Notes: a model not told the origin generated them from the letters alone. Positions 18,510-28,193 are shown, counted from the first letter of the stretch. The stretch is 64,000 nucleotides of DNA from Leptospiria bacterium (GCA_965261485.1 CBDHCY010000005.1:333813-397812); one strand, 5' to 3'. A program made the numbers and translations.

Positions 18510-20795
18510 ATGAAGCAAATGAAAAACAATAAATATTTAAGCTTTGGGTGCTTTATTTTTAACTATTTTTCCAAGATTAATAGTAATTTTAATAGTAAAA
18601 TATGTATTTTAGTTATTTTAAGCTCTCTATTTTTACTTTTTTGTGGTGGAGGCTCCAAAGTAGCCGGCCGCAAAATAGTCAGCTCCGAAGTAGCCCATGA
18701 ACAATCATATGTTTGTACGAATGGTACCCCAAAAGAATCTATTACTTTACCAATAGGTATGGATCCCGTTGCTGATAAAAAGAGTTGCAATAGATGTGAT
18801 GTACACTATCGTGTAGCAAGTGGCCCAGAACTTACTGAGGTTGGTAGCACTTGTGTGACTCGTACTTGTGCGGTAGAGGGAGAAGAGCCATGTTCAACTT
18901 GTTATGCCGGTTTTGTGCGTAGTGGTCATACATCCGACGGTATGTCTACGTCAGTTCTTTCTGAGAGTACGTGTGTTCAGATTGATAGTGATAATGATAA
19001 ACTTATTGATATAACAACACTCACTCAATTACATAATATGAGGAATAATCTCGCTGGAACCTCTTATAAAACAGATGCATCCACTGTGGCTGGGGAGTGC
19101 GGTACCTATGGCGATGTCGAGGGTGAATATACTACAGCTTTAGGTAGCTGTATGGGCTATGAGCTTATGAATGACCTAAGCTTTGATACTGATACAGATG
19201 GTACTCACGACAGCGATGGTCTAGATACGGCTGATAAAAATTTAGTTTATTTTCCAGTAGGTTCTAATAAGGATGGTGGTTGGGAGCCAATAGTTGGTTT
19301 TGCAACTACCTTTAATGGTAATGGTAATACTATTACTGGCCTTGCTATTCGTCGTCCCAGTGCTCGTATTGGTATGTTTGGTAATATAACAACTGATGCA
19401 GTGATCCGTAATATTAATTTAGCTGATAATCTAGCTGAATATTATATCGTCTCAGGAAAAAATATACCTAACAGTGTTCATGTTGGCGGTTTGGTGGGTA
19501 ATAGTAAGGGCACTATTATTGGAAGTTCTACCAGTGGAAAGGCTAAGGGTCCTCTTATTACAGGTGGTTTAGTAGGCTTCCAAAAGTCCTTAAAAATTGA
19601 AAGCAGTCATGCTACTGGTACTGTGAGTTATATTAGTAGTTCTACCACTCCTACAACTAATTTCTCTGGAGGTGGTTTAGTAGGGCGTTGTAATGCTGGC
19701 AAAATTATCACTAGTTCTGCTACTGGTGCTGTAACAGGTGGGGATGGTAAGGATCTCTTAGGTGGTTTAGTAGGGCGTTTAGTTGAGAATGGCGAAATTA
19801 TCACTAGTTCTGCTACTGGTGCTGTAACAGGTGGGGATGGTAATGATCAGTTAGGTGGTTTAGTGGGCGAGTCTCTAAATAGCCAAATTATCACTAGTTC
19901 TGCTACTGGTGCTGTAACAGGTGGGGATGGTACTAATTACTTAGGTGGTTTAGTGGGTAATTTTAGGGTCGATCGTGATAAGAGTGGTATTATTGTCGCT
20001 AGTTATGCTACTGGTGCTGTAACAGGTGGAGCCGATGTTGATAATGCCGGTGGTCTTATAGGTCGTATTGAGACTCTGCGTACTGGAAGCGTGATTTTGG
20101 GAGGAGTTGCTTCTATTGTTACTGTTATAGCTAGTTCTGCTGCTGGTGCTATAATTGGTGATGCTAGTGACGATTTTTTAGGTGGTCTGGTTGGTAATGT
20201 TGATGGGGACTCTGGTAAGCGAGTTACTATTACTGCCAGTTATGCTACTGGTGATGTAACTGGTACTGGAAGTGGTGGTACTAATTCTGATGTTTTAGGT
20301 GGTCTGGTAGGTTTTTTAGGGGGATCTAGCAAAATTATTGCAAGTTATGCTAATAATAATAACCTTCTTCCTGGTGGCGGCGGTAATCAAGGTTTTGGTA
20401 GCTTAGTAGGTTCTGGTTCTGGAGCTGACCGGGTTATTGAGAGTTATGGTTTTTTTTCATTTAGTAGTGGTACACCAAATTTACTTGGTGGTACACCATC
20501 AAGTAGTATCACTACTGCAGCTGGTTTAATCTCTGCTACCTCTGGTAATGCAGGTGTCAAATGGAATCAGGTTACTCCCGCTACTGCTACTGAGCCTGCT
20601 ATTCATACTCTTGGTGCTTGGTTCTTTGAGACGGGTGTCGCTCCTAAACTCCAATTTAATGATTACGACGGTGGTGGCACTGTTTATAGTTGCTCCTCTT
20701 CTGGAAATTATTTTACGATCACCATAGGGGGCAACGATATCGAAACCACGCGTGTTTGTAGTACTGAAGATAATCCGAGTCTGATAACACAATAG
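18510..20795 (+). CDS. GLUG-repeat surface lipoprotein, tandem paralogue 3
   Basis: Signal peptide with LFLLFC-GGGS. The Cys-rich and LIDITTLTQLHNMRNNLAGTSYKTDASTVAGECGTYGD region is nearly identical to paralogue 1. GGLVG repeats are present, and the C-terminal LGAWFFETGVAP.L.FNDYDG is shared with paralogue 1. Confidence 0.7.
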   Translation: MKQMKNNKYLSFGCFIFNYFSKINSNFNSKICILVILSSLFLLFCGGGSKVAGRKIVSSEVAHEQSYVCTNGTPKESITLPIGMDPVADKKSCNRCDVHYRVASGPELTEVGSTCVTRTCAVEGEEPCSTCYAGFVRSGHTSDGMSTSVLSESTCVQIDSDNDKLIDITTLTQLHNMRNNLAGTSYKTDASTVAGECGTYGDVEGEYTTALGSCMGYELMNDLSFDTDTDGTHDSDGLDTADKNLVYFPVGSNKDGGWEPIVGFATTFNGNGNTITGLAIRRPSARIGMFGNITTDAVIRNINLADNLAEYYIVSGKNIPNSVHVGGLVGNSKGTIIGSSTSGKAKGPLITGGLVGFQKSLKIESSHATGTVSYISSSTTPTTNFSGGGLVGRCNAGKIITSSATGAVTGGDGKDLLGGLVGRLVENGEIITSSATGAVTGGDGNDQLGGLVGESLNSQIITSSATGAVTGGDGTNYLGGLVGNFRVDRDKSGIIVASYATGAVTGGADVDNAGGLIGRIETLRTGSVILGGVASIVTVIASSAAGAIIGDASDDFLGGLVGNVDGDSGKRVTITASYATGDVTGTGSGGTNSDVLGGLVGFLGGSSKIIASYANNNNLLPGGGGNQGFGSLVGSGSGADRVIESYGFFSFSSGTPNLLGGTPSSSITTAAGLISATSGNAGVKWNQVTPATATEPAIHTLGAWFFETGVAPKLQFNDYDGGGTVYSCSSSGNYFTITIGGNDIETTRVCSTEDNPSLITQ

Positions 20796-20810
20796 CGGTA
20801 GTAAAATATA

Positions 20811-20845
20811 AAATTTATCTATTGCTTGCAGTGATAGATAAATTT
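20811..20845 (+). terminator. hairpin downstream of paralogue 3
   Basis: AAATTTATCTAT (20811-20822) pairs with ATAGATAAATTT (20834-20845). Relative to the other two copies, a C:G pair is replaced by A:T on both arms. Confidence 0.5.
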
Positions 20846-21077
20846 GAATTAAGCATGTAATGACTGATAATTTTCATTATACTTTAAATTTAGATTATTT
20901 TTTGTAAATCAGTTAAATTATTCTTGCAAATATAGATCCACTCTTATAAGCTGGAGGTTGAGTGTGAATGTTTATAAAAATAATAAAAAGATAAATCTTA
21001 AATTGAAGTTTAATAATAGAACGAATTAATTTGAATTAAAACAGGTCCAGCTTTGTTATACTTCCAGTAAAATATAA

Positions 21078-22655
21078 TTGAAATTACATCCACCATTAAA
21101 ATCTCAAAAAAAAAGAGATCGCTTATATATTTTTGACACGACCCTTCGTGATGGTGAGCAATGCCCTGGAGCATCTATGAACGAAGAAGAGAAAATAGCG
21201 ATCGCTCATCAACTACTTAAATTAAAAATTAATATTATTGAAGCTGGTTTTCCAATTTCATCTCCAATTCAATTTAACGCGGTCAAAAAAATTTCTGAAG
21301 AGATTGAAGGTCCTATTATTACCGCTTTAGCAAGGGCCACTAAAGGTGATATTGAGTCGGCCTATCAGGCACTTAAATCAGCTAGAAAAAAAAGAATTCA
21401 TACATTTATTGCAACTAGTCCCATTCACATGAAACATAAATTAGGTAAAAAACCTGCTGAAATTTTAAAAATTGCTGTTGAATCTGTTAAAAGAGCAAAA
21501 AATTTAATTAATGATGTGGAGTTTTCGGCAGAAGATGCCACTCGTAGTGAATCTAATTTCTTAATAGAGATTATTGAAGCAACTATTCAGGCGGGTGCCA
21601 CAACAATTAACCTTCCGGATACTGTTGGTTACACAACTCCTGAAGAATATGGTCAACTTTTTAAAATGGTGAAAAAAAAAGTAACAAATATTAACTCTGC
21701 TGTTCTTTCAGCACATTGTCATAATGACTTAGGTCTTGCTGTAGCGAATTCATTGGCAGCTATTCAAAATGGAGCACGGCAAGTTGAATGTACTATTAAT
21801 GGAATTGGCGAAAGAGCTGGTAACACAGCAATGGAAGAAATTGTCATGGCCATTAAAACCCGCTCCCATAATTATCCAGTTGAAGTTGATATTGATACTG
21901 GTATGATTTATAAAACATCTAAAATGGTTGCTAAGTTTTCTGGCCTTATGGTACAACGAAATAAGGCGATTGTAGGTGGGAATGCTTTTGCTCATGAGTC
22001 AGGTATTCATCAAGACGGTATGTTGAAAAATCGCCTAACCTATGAAATAATGACTCCTAAATCGATTGGTCTCAACAAAAGTCAAATTATATTAGGTAGA
22101 CATTCTGGGCGTTCTGGCTTTAAAAGTCGAATTAAAGAATTTGGTTTTGATTTATCTATAAAACAATTTGAACGTATCTACGAACAATTTTTAGAATTGG
22201 CTGACCAAAAAAAAGAGGTCTTTGAAGAAGATATAATGGCACTTTTACATGAGAGTTCCCTACCTCCTGAGAAGAAAACCTATATTTTGTCTAAATTTGA
22301 TATATCTTCAAGCTCGCACGCTGAATCTAAAGCAAATGTTACTATCTATATTATGGGAGATGATAGCTCAAAAAAGGAGGAATCTTTAGCGACGGCGACA
22401 GGGAGTGGTCCTATCGCTGCTTTATTTTGTGCCTTAGAAAAGGCGAGTGGTACGCAAACTACCCTTGATGTATTTACTATTCTACCAACCTCCAGAGGTA
22501 AAGATTCTTTAGGCGAAACCAAGGTTGGCTTAAAGGTTGGAGAACAAGTTTTTTATGGTCGTGGAGCTTCTACAGATATTGTAGAAGCCTCAGCCAAGGC
22601 TTTTATTGATGCTTTAAATCGATCGGCTGTAGCTACAAAAATATTGAAAAAGTAG
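21078..22655 (+). CDS. leuA: 2-isopropylmalate synthase
   Basis: IFDTTLRDGEQ, HCHNDLGLAVANSLAA, and AHESGIHQDG motifs. Has a C-terminal LeuA regulatory domain and a TTG start. Confidence 0.9.
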   Translation: MKLHPPLKSQKKRDRLYIFDTTLRDGEQCPGASMNEEEKIAIAHQLLKLKINIIEAGFPISSPIQFNAVKKISEEIEGPIITALARATKGDIESAYQALKSARKKRIHTFIATSPIHMKHKLGKKPAEILKIAVESVKRAKNLINDVEFSAEDATRSESNFLIEIIEATIQAGATTINLPDTVGYTTPEEYGQLFKMVKKKVTNINSAVLSAHCHNDLGLAVANSLAAIQNGARQVECTINGIGERAGNTAMEEIVMAIKTRSHNYPVEVDIDTGMIYKTSKMVAKFSGLMVQRNKAIVGGNAFAHESGIHQDGMLKNRLTYEIMTPKSIGLNKSQIILGRHSGRSGFKSRIKEFGFDLSIKQFERIYEQFLELADQKKEVFEEDIMALLHESSLPPEKKTYILSKFDISSSSHAESKANVTIYIMGDDSSKKEESLATATGSGPIAALFCALEKASGTQTTLDVFTILPTSRGKDSLGETKVGLKVGEQVFYGRGASTDIVEASAKAFIDALNRSAVATKILKK

Positions 22656-22701
22656 AGCGATATTGACTAGACAAAATATTTAATTCTTAGATTTTAATTT
22701 T

Positions 22702-24453
22702 ATGATATTTAAAAAAAATAGTAGCTTAAAGTCAGGCTCTAAAGTTATGATTGATATTCTTCTTGAGAATAATATTGATACTTGTTGGGGATATCCTGGA
22801 GGGGCAATTTTACCGTTTTACGATGTTCTATGTCGTTCTTCTCTAAAGCATATGTTGGTGCGTCATGAGCAAGCTGCAGCTCACGCAGCAGAAGGTTATG
22901 CTAAGGCCAGTGGTCGATTAGGAGTTTGTGTCGCCACATCAGGCCCTGGTGCTACCAATCTTATGACAGGTATTGCTGACGCTAAAATGGATTCAGTACC
23001 CATACTTGCTATTACTGGTCAGGTTCCTACCACAGCGATTGGTAGTGATGCTTTTCAAGAAGTTGATACTTATGGTATGAGCATCCCAATTACAAAATAT
23101 AATGCACTAATTAAATCTGCCGACGAGGTGGCACGTATCACTCAAGAAGCCATTACCTTAGCCTTATCAAAAAGACCAGGCCCTTCCCTCATTGACTTTC
23201 CTAAAGACTGTCAAACAGCCCTTACTAAAAATTTTAAACCAGGGGCCTTTAACTTTTTAGATGAGCATTATAAAAAAACACCAATAAAAGGAGATATTGA
23301 TCAGCTTATCTCTTATTTTGAGCAATCAAAAAAACCCTTGCTCTATGTAGGAGGAGGGGCAATTTTATCAGAGTCTTCTTTCAATATTCGACAATTAGCA
23401 GAGAAAACTCAAACACCGGTTGTCTCAACACTTATGGGATTAGGTGCTTTCCCCGGTAATCATAGACTTAGTCTAGGAATGATGGGTATGCATGGAACAG
23501 CCTACGCTAATAAAGCAGTTATGGAATGTGATTTTATCTTGGCACTAGGTGCTCGTTTTGATGATCGAGTTGCTTTAAATACCTCTGATTTTGCTAAAAA
23601 TGCAATTAAGGCTCAAATTGATATTGATTCGGCAGAGATTAATAAAAGAGTAGGTGTAAATATTTCTATTGCAGGTGATCTCAATGATGTATTGGAAAAT
23701 TTATTAAAATATATAAAAGGAACAAAACAAAGGAATTGGGTAAACAGAACTGATCAACTCAAAGAGGAAAATCCTCTTCGTTTTAACCAAAATAAAAAAG
23801 AAATCAAACCACAGTATGTAATCAGACGACTTTGGGAATTAACCAATGGAAATGCAATTATTGCAACAGATGTAGGTCAGCACCAGATGTGGGCGGCTCA
23901 GTATTATCTTTTCAATAAACCTCGAAAGTGGCTTACTTCAGGTGGTTTAGGGACGATGGGTTTTGGTTTCCCAGCAGCTCTCGGGGCTAAAATAGCAAAA
24001 CCTGAGGAAGAAGTGTTTGTTATTTCAGGTGATGGCTCTTTTCAGATGTGTATTCAAGAGCTAGCCACGGCACGTATGTATAATATTACTGTTAAAATTT
24101 TACTTTTTAATAATGGTTTTTTAGGCATGGTGAGACAATGGCAAGAATTATTTTATGATAACCACTTTGCCGGATCTGATATAAATTATAATCCTAATTT
24201 TGTAAAGATTGCCTCTGGTTTTGATATCCCGGCAAAACGAATTACAGACCCTAGTGATATTGAAAGTGGTTTAAATTTTCTCATACAGACAAATGACTGT
24301 TGTATTCTTGAAATTGTTATTCCAGAGGGAGAAAAGGTCTACCCTATGATTTCTTCTGGTTCTAAATATGAAGAAATGGTTGATTATGATCATAAATCTG
24401 AAAAAGGTATTCCCTTTTCCATTATACCCAATATAGATAAAGAAAAGAGTTGA
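22702..24453 (+). CDS. ilvB: acetolactate synthase (acetohydroxyacid synthase) large subunit
   Basis: ThDP enzyme motifs: GYPGGAILPFYD, ATSGPGATNL, and GLGTMGFGFPAALGAK...GDGSFQM. Followed by the small-subunit gene. Confidence 0.9.
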   Translation: MIFKKNSSLKSGSKVMIDILLENNIDTCWGYPGGAILPFYDVLCRSSLKHMLVRHEQAAAHAAEGYAKASGRLGVCVATSGPGATNLMTGIADAKMDSVPILAITGQVPTTAIGSDAFQEVDTYGMSIPITKYNALIKSADEVARITQEAITLALSKRPGPSLIDFPKDCQTALTKNFKPGAFNFLDEHYKKTPIKGDIDQLISYFEQSKKPLLYVGGGAILSESSFNIRQLAEKTQTPVVSTLMGLGAFPGNHRLSLGMMGMHGTAYANKAVMECDFILALGARFDDRVALNTSDFAKNAIKAQIDIDSAEINKRVGVNISIAGDLNDVLENLLKYIKGTKQRNWVNRTDQLKEENPLRFNQNKKEIKPQYVIRRLWELTNGNAIIATDVGQHQMWAAQYYLFNKPRKWLTSGGLGTMGFGFPAALGAKIAKPEEEVFVISGDGSFQMCIQELATARMYNITVKILLFNNGFLGMVRQWQELFYDNHFAGSDINYNPNFVKIASGFDIPAKRITDPSDIESGLNFLIQTNDCCILEIVIPEGEKVYPMISSGSKYEEMVDYDHKSEKGIPFSIIPNIDKEKS

Positions 24454-24459
24454 AATTTA

Positions 24460-24945
24460 GTGAAACATATTTTATTAATTACTGTTAATAATTCTTCTGG
24501 AGTTTTAAGCCATCTTGTTGCCCTTTTTACTCGCAGAGGCTATAACATTGATTCTTTATCAGTAGGAGAAACCCATGATAGTTCAAGGTCGGTGATCACC
24601 TTGATGCTTAATGAAAAAGAAGATATTGTAAAACGAGTAAAAAAACAAGTTTCAAAATTAATTGATGTAATCAAAATTGATGACTTAACAGGCGAAGGCT
24701 CTTTCAAGAGAGAACTTATTCTTTTAATGGTTGATGCGAATGATAAAAATCGAATGGAGATCACTTCTTTGGTAGATTCTTTTCAAGGTCGAATAATTGA
24801 TGTTTCTGATGAAACAATGATGATTGAGTTTAATGGGATACCTCGTGTTGTCACCTCTTTCTTAAAAATATTTAGCAAGTATGGTATTCGTCAAGTTGCA
24901 CGAACAGGCACAATTGCCTTAAATTATCATCCTTCAGAAAAATAA
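24460..24945 (+). CDS. ilvN: acetolactate synthase small (regulatory) subunit
   Basis: ACT-domain N-terminus (LLITVNNSSGVLSHLVALFTRRGYNIDSLSVGET), about 160 aa, GTG start, 6 nt after ilvB. Confidence 0.85.
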   Translation: MKHILLITVNNSSGVLSHLVALFTRRGYNIDSLSVGETHDSSRSVITLMLNEKEDIVKRVKKQVSKLIDVIKIDDLTGEGSFKRELILLMVDANDKNRMEITSLVDSFQGRIIDVSDETMMIEFNGIPRVVTSFLKIFSKYGIRQVARTGTIALNYHPSEK

Positions 24946-24952
24946 CGATATT

Positions 24953-26302
24953 TTAATTTTTTTTGATCATATTGATTGTTTTGTTCTTTGTAAGTATTAT
25001 CGCTGGTATCATAGAAGAGAACCCCGTAAATAAAATAGTCGCTACTATTAAATAAAGTTGTTCTTGAAAAGAAAGAGAAAAATTTAAAGTTGACCACTCA
25101 GAGTAAGTTGCTGTGAAAGTGAAATTTTCTTTAAAATAGCTAAAAAGAGTTTTTGCAATTTTTAAGCTTAAAAAAGCATGAATACAACCCCAAATTACTC
25201 CTTCTATGAACATCATAACCCAAATAAAAATTGATGAAGATCCAAATATCACGTATAAACCAAATTCATATTTTTTTTCAATCGTCAGTAGGGCAAAAGA
25301 GTTTATTAAGCTAATTCCACTAAGTATTATTAATATAAAAGCGATCGCCCAAAAAATATAATCAATTTTTGTGATCCATTGCATAAGTTTATCATATTTT
25401 TTTGTTTGGCTATGGCTAATGAGCCCAAACTTTTTAACTCTATTTTTAATTTTATTGACATCTTTGAAGTTTTTAATGCGGACAAATATTTGATTATATG
25501 AATTAGCAGCTAAATACATATTTTGTGATTTATGATATTTCTCCACCCATTTAAGAGGAACTCCTAGTGTTGTGACAAGACCCTCAGGAACAAATCCACA
25601 AATTTTACCTAATATTCTTGTGCCTTTATTAAAAGCTTTGGGCTTTAATATACTGCGTCCAACTAGCATATTTAAATTAATGCCATTAAATGCACCTATT
25701 TTAATCATAGGTAAATTATTCACACTTAACCAAACTTGAGCAATACTCATATATATCTCAGGTATTACTACGGGAAGAATCACTATAAATTTATTATTAC
25801 CAATTTTTTTCTTTTGTGGTTTAAAGTTTTTCATACAAGAAAGATATGGTTTTATCAAGCTAGGTTCTACACCCTGCATTAAAATATCAAATTTTAGACC
25901 TCCTCCGAGGTTAGTGAGCAGTGGATGTTTTAAATGAGTGAATACTGGCCTTTGGAGAATTTGGCTGCGATGAAGACTTTCTATCTCTTTCCATGATTTA
26001 ATTTGTAGCAGCTGTTTCTTATTAATACCAAATTGAATATCTGGCTTCTCTTGAAAGAGAGCGAGAGGGCTGGCATTATCAGTTATTTCTTTTGGGTGTA
26101 GTTTCAGAAGTTCTCCAGGAAGATTACCCTCTAATTTTTTAGTAAAAATATTTTTAACAGGACGCATAATCCCTAAAAATAAAATAACTAAGATTAAAGT
26201 AATTAAAAGGGATATTGAAGAAGCAGCAACTTTAAAAAAATGCTTATACCATAAAAATAAAATTATGTAACTTCGGTGAATAATAAAAAAAAACCAAGTC
26301 AT
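24953..26302 (-). CDS. ABC transporter permease, FtsX/MacB-LolE-like
   Basis: N-terminal TM, a large extracytoplasmic domain, then three C-terminal TM helices. Directly downstream of an ABC ATPase gene. Confidence 0.55.
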   Translation of the reverse strand: MTWFFFIIHRSYIILFLWYKHFFKVAASSISLLITLILVILFLGIMRPVKNIFTKKLEGNLPGELLKLHPKEITDNASPLALFQEKPDIQFGINKKQLLQIKSWKEIESLHRSQILQRPVFTHLKHPLLTNLGGGLKFDILMQGVEPSLIKPYLSCMKNFKPQKKKIGNNKFIVILPVVIPEIYMSIAQVWLSVNNLPMIKIGAFNGINLNMLVGRSILKPKAFNKGTRILGKICGFVPEGLVTTLGVPLKWVEKYHKSQNMYLAANSYNQIFVRIKNFKDVNKIKNRVKKFGLISHSQTKKYDKLMQWITKIDYIFWAIAFILIILSGISLINSFALLTIEKKYEFGLYVIFGSSSIFIWVMMFIEGVIWGCIHAFLSLKIAKTLFSYFKENFTFTATYSEWSTLNFSLSFQEQLYLIVATILFTGFSSMIPAIILTKNKTINMIKKN

Positions 26303-26306
26303 TATT

Positions 26307-27029
26307 TTATTTATTTATTTTTTTTGTTAAAACTTTTGGCTTCTTTATTCTTTCCTTCTTTATTAATTTTTTAGTTTTAACTAAAATTGCATCTTTTAAA
26401 GTCCAAACTTCATCAGCTTGTTCCATTATATAGTGGCTATGAGTGATACAAACAATAGTCAATTTATTTTTTTTACGAAATTTCATTAAATATTCAATAA
26501 TTATTTTTTCTGTCGTAGCATCTAAATTGCCAGTTGGTTCATCCAAAAGTAATAACTTTGGCTGTAAAATTATGCTACGAGCAATTGCTGTTCTTTGTGC
26601 CTCACCTCCTGATAAGTCTTTGGGATAAGCTTTTTTACGGTGGCTAATTTTTAGTTCATCTAAAAGGTGATTAACTCTATTTTTATTTATTTTTTCAGAT
26701 AAAAAATAAAGTGGAAGTTTTATATTTTGCTGAGTTGTTAAAAATGGAAGTAATCTAAAATCTTGAAATAATATTCCAATATTATCTCTACGAAATTTTG
26801 CCATTTTAAATTTACCCATTTGATGTACTGGTTTTTTTGAAAGAAAATATTCACCACTTTTGGGCTTTAGTAGGGCAGCTAAAATATAAAGTAGAGTGCT
26901 TTTTCCTGACCCTGATGTACCTGCGATTGTAATAAATGATTTTTGATAGATATCTAAATTAATATTTTCGAGTATCTTCTTTTTATGATATGAAAACGAG
27001 AGTTTGTTGAGTTTTACTAGAGGGTGCAT
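26307..27029 (-). CDS. ABC transporter ATP-binding protein (MacB/LolD-like)
   Basis: Walker A GTSGSGKST, signature LSGGEAQR, Walker B LLLLDEPT, H-loop ITHS. Confidence 0.9.
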   Translation of the reverse strand: MHPLVKLNKLSFSYHKKKILENINLDIYQKSFITIAGTSGSGKSTLLYILAALLKPKSGEYFLSKKPVHQMGKFKMAKFRRDNIGILFQDFRLLPFLTTQQNIKLPLYFLSEKINKNRVNHLLDELKISHRKKAYPKDLSGGEAQRTAIARSIILQPKLLLLDEPTGNLDATTEKIIIEYLMKFRKKNKLTIVCITHSHYIMEQADEVWTLKDAILVKTKKLIKKERIKKPKVLTKKINK

Positions 27030-27040
27030 TATTTTTATAC

Positions 27041-28060
27041 TTATTCTATTTCAAATACTGATATATTTTTATAAACAGTATCATGTTTTTTATTGTAAAG
27101 ACAAATGATTTCTGTTTTATGATTTTTCTTGATATTTACAATTAGGCTGGTCAACCGCTCTCTTAGTAAAAAAAAACCACGTCCATGAGAATCATATAAA
27201 CCATTTGGAAGTCCGGTTTTAGCATTAATTGTGATGTGTCGCTTCAGGCGATAAAGTATTTCTTTTCTTCTTAGTGTACCATGATGGTCTTGGCAAACAA
27301 GAATCATAAAATTATTATACATTCCATATTGTATAATAAAATAATCTTCTTCGCTAAATTGAATATTTTTTTTAGAGATTAGATGATCAATACCTTCTAC
27401 CTTTTCTTGAAATTTATAAGTTTGGTCATCATAGCGAGCTGCTTTGAGCATAGCATTGATTGTTATTTCTTCCAAAATTAGCTTTGTAAATGTTTTTGGG
27501 ATATTCATAATAGTGTGAAATATATTTGTGATTTTATTTACCCAATAAATTCTATCTTCAGGAGAATGAATAGTAACACTGAGTAGTTCTTTGTTATTAG
27601 GGCTCTTATTCGTTGGTATCTCTAAAGGGTAATACACCTTCATGTTAGAAAAATATTTTTGAATGCCAAATATGTCAGATGTAAGTATTTTATTTAGCAT
27701 AGCGTGAACATATTTTAGGCTTAAGTTTGACTGTTTAGATATAATATGGTTTATTCCTTCTTCATAAATCTGTTTGATATAATTATTAATGTTGTGAGAA
27801 GTCATAAGTGTCATTATTGTTTTTGGTGAATATTCTCTGCAATACTTGATTAGAGAAAAAGCAGTACCATCAGATAAGTGTATGTCAGAAAGAATTAAGT
27901 GAAAATAAAAACTTTTTTTTCTATTTTCTTGAATAATTTTTTTTGCTGATGAAAAATTTGGGGCGATCGAAACGTCAAAATAGGTGTTAAAATAATTATA
28001 AAAGGCTGTTAAAATGGATTTTGTCTCTTCGATAATAAGGATTTTATATTGTTTATCCAT
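27041..28060 (-). CDS. response-regulator receiver domain protein with an unassigned C-terminal domain (possibly GHKL/anti-sigma-kinase-like)
   Basis: N-terminal REC pattern (KILIIEE...LILSDIHLSDG...K). The C-terminal ~200 aa ends in DSHGRGFFLLRE, reminiscent of the G-box of HATPase-type domains. Weak. Confidence 0.45.
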   Translation of the reverse strand: MDKQYKILIIEETKSILTAFYNYFNTYFDVSIAPNFSSAKKIIQENRKKSFYFHLILSDIHLSDGTAFSLIKYCREYSPKTIMTLMTSHNINNYIKQIYEEGINHIISKQSNLSLKYVHAMLNKILTSDIFGIQKYFSNMKVYYPLEIPTNKSPNNKELLSVTIHSPEDRIYWVNKITNIFHTIMNIPKTFTKLILEEITINAMLKAARYDDQTYKFQEKVEGIDHLISKKNIQFSEEDYFIIQYGMYNNFMILVCQDHHGTLRRKEILYRLKRHITINAKTGLPNGLYDSHGRGFFLLRERLTSLIVNIKKNHKTEIICLYNKKHDTVYKNISVFEIE

Positions 28061-28171
28061 TTTTTACATAGTGAAATATCCTTTGACAGCATACACCTTA
28101 ATTTTTTCACATACTCTTGTGTGTACTTAATTATAAAAATTAAGTTAAATTAGGGGACAGACATATACTAA

Positions 28172-28193
28172 ACTCCAAAGAGATCTTTGGAGT
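28172..28193. terminator. 9-bp-stem hairpin in the intergenic region
   Basis: ACTCCAAAG-AGAT-CTTTGGAGT, followed on the + strand by TCATAATTTTTTT. Lies about 80 bp below the end of ORF 28271-29008. Orientation of function is unclear. Confidence 0.3.
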
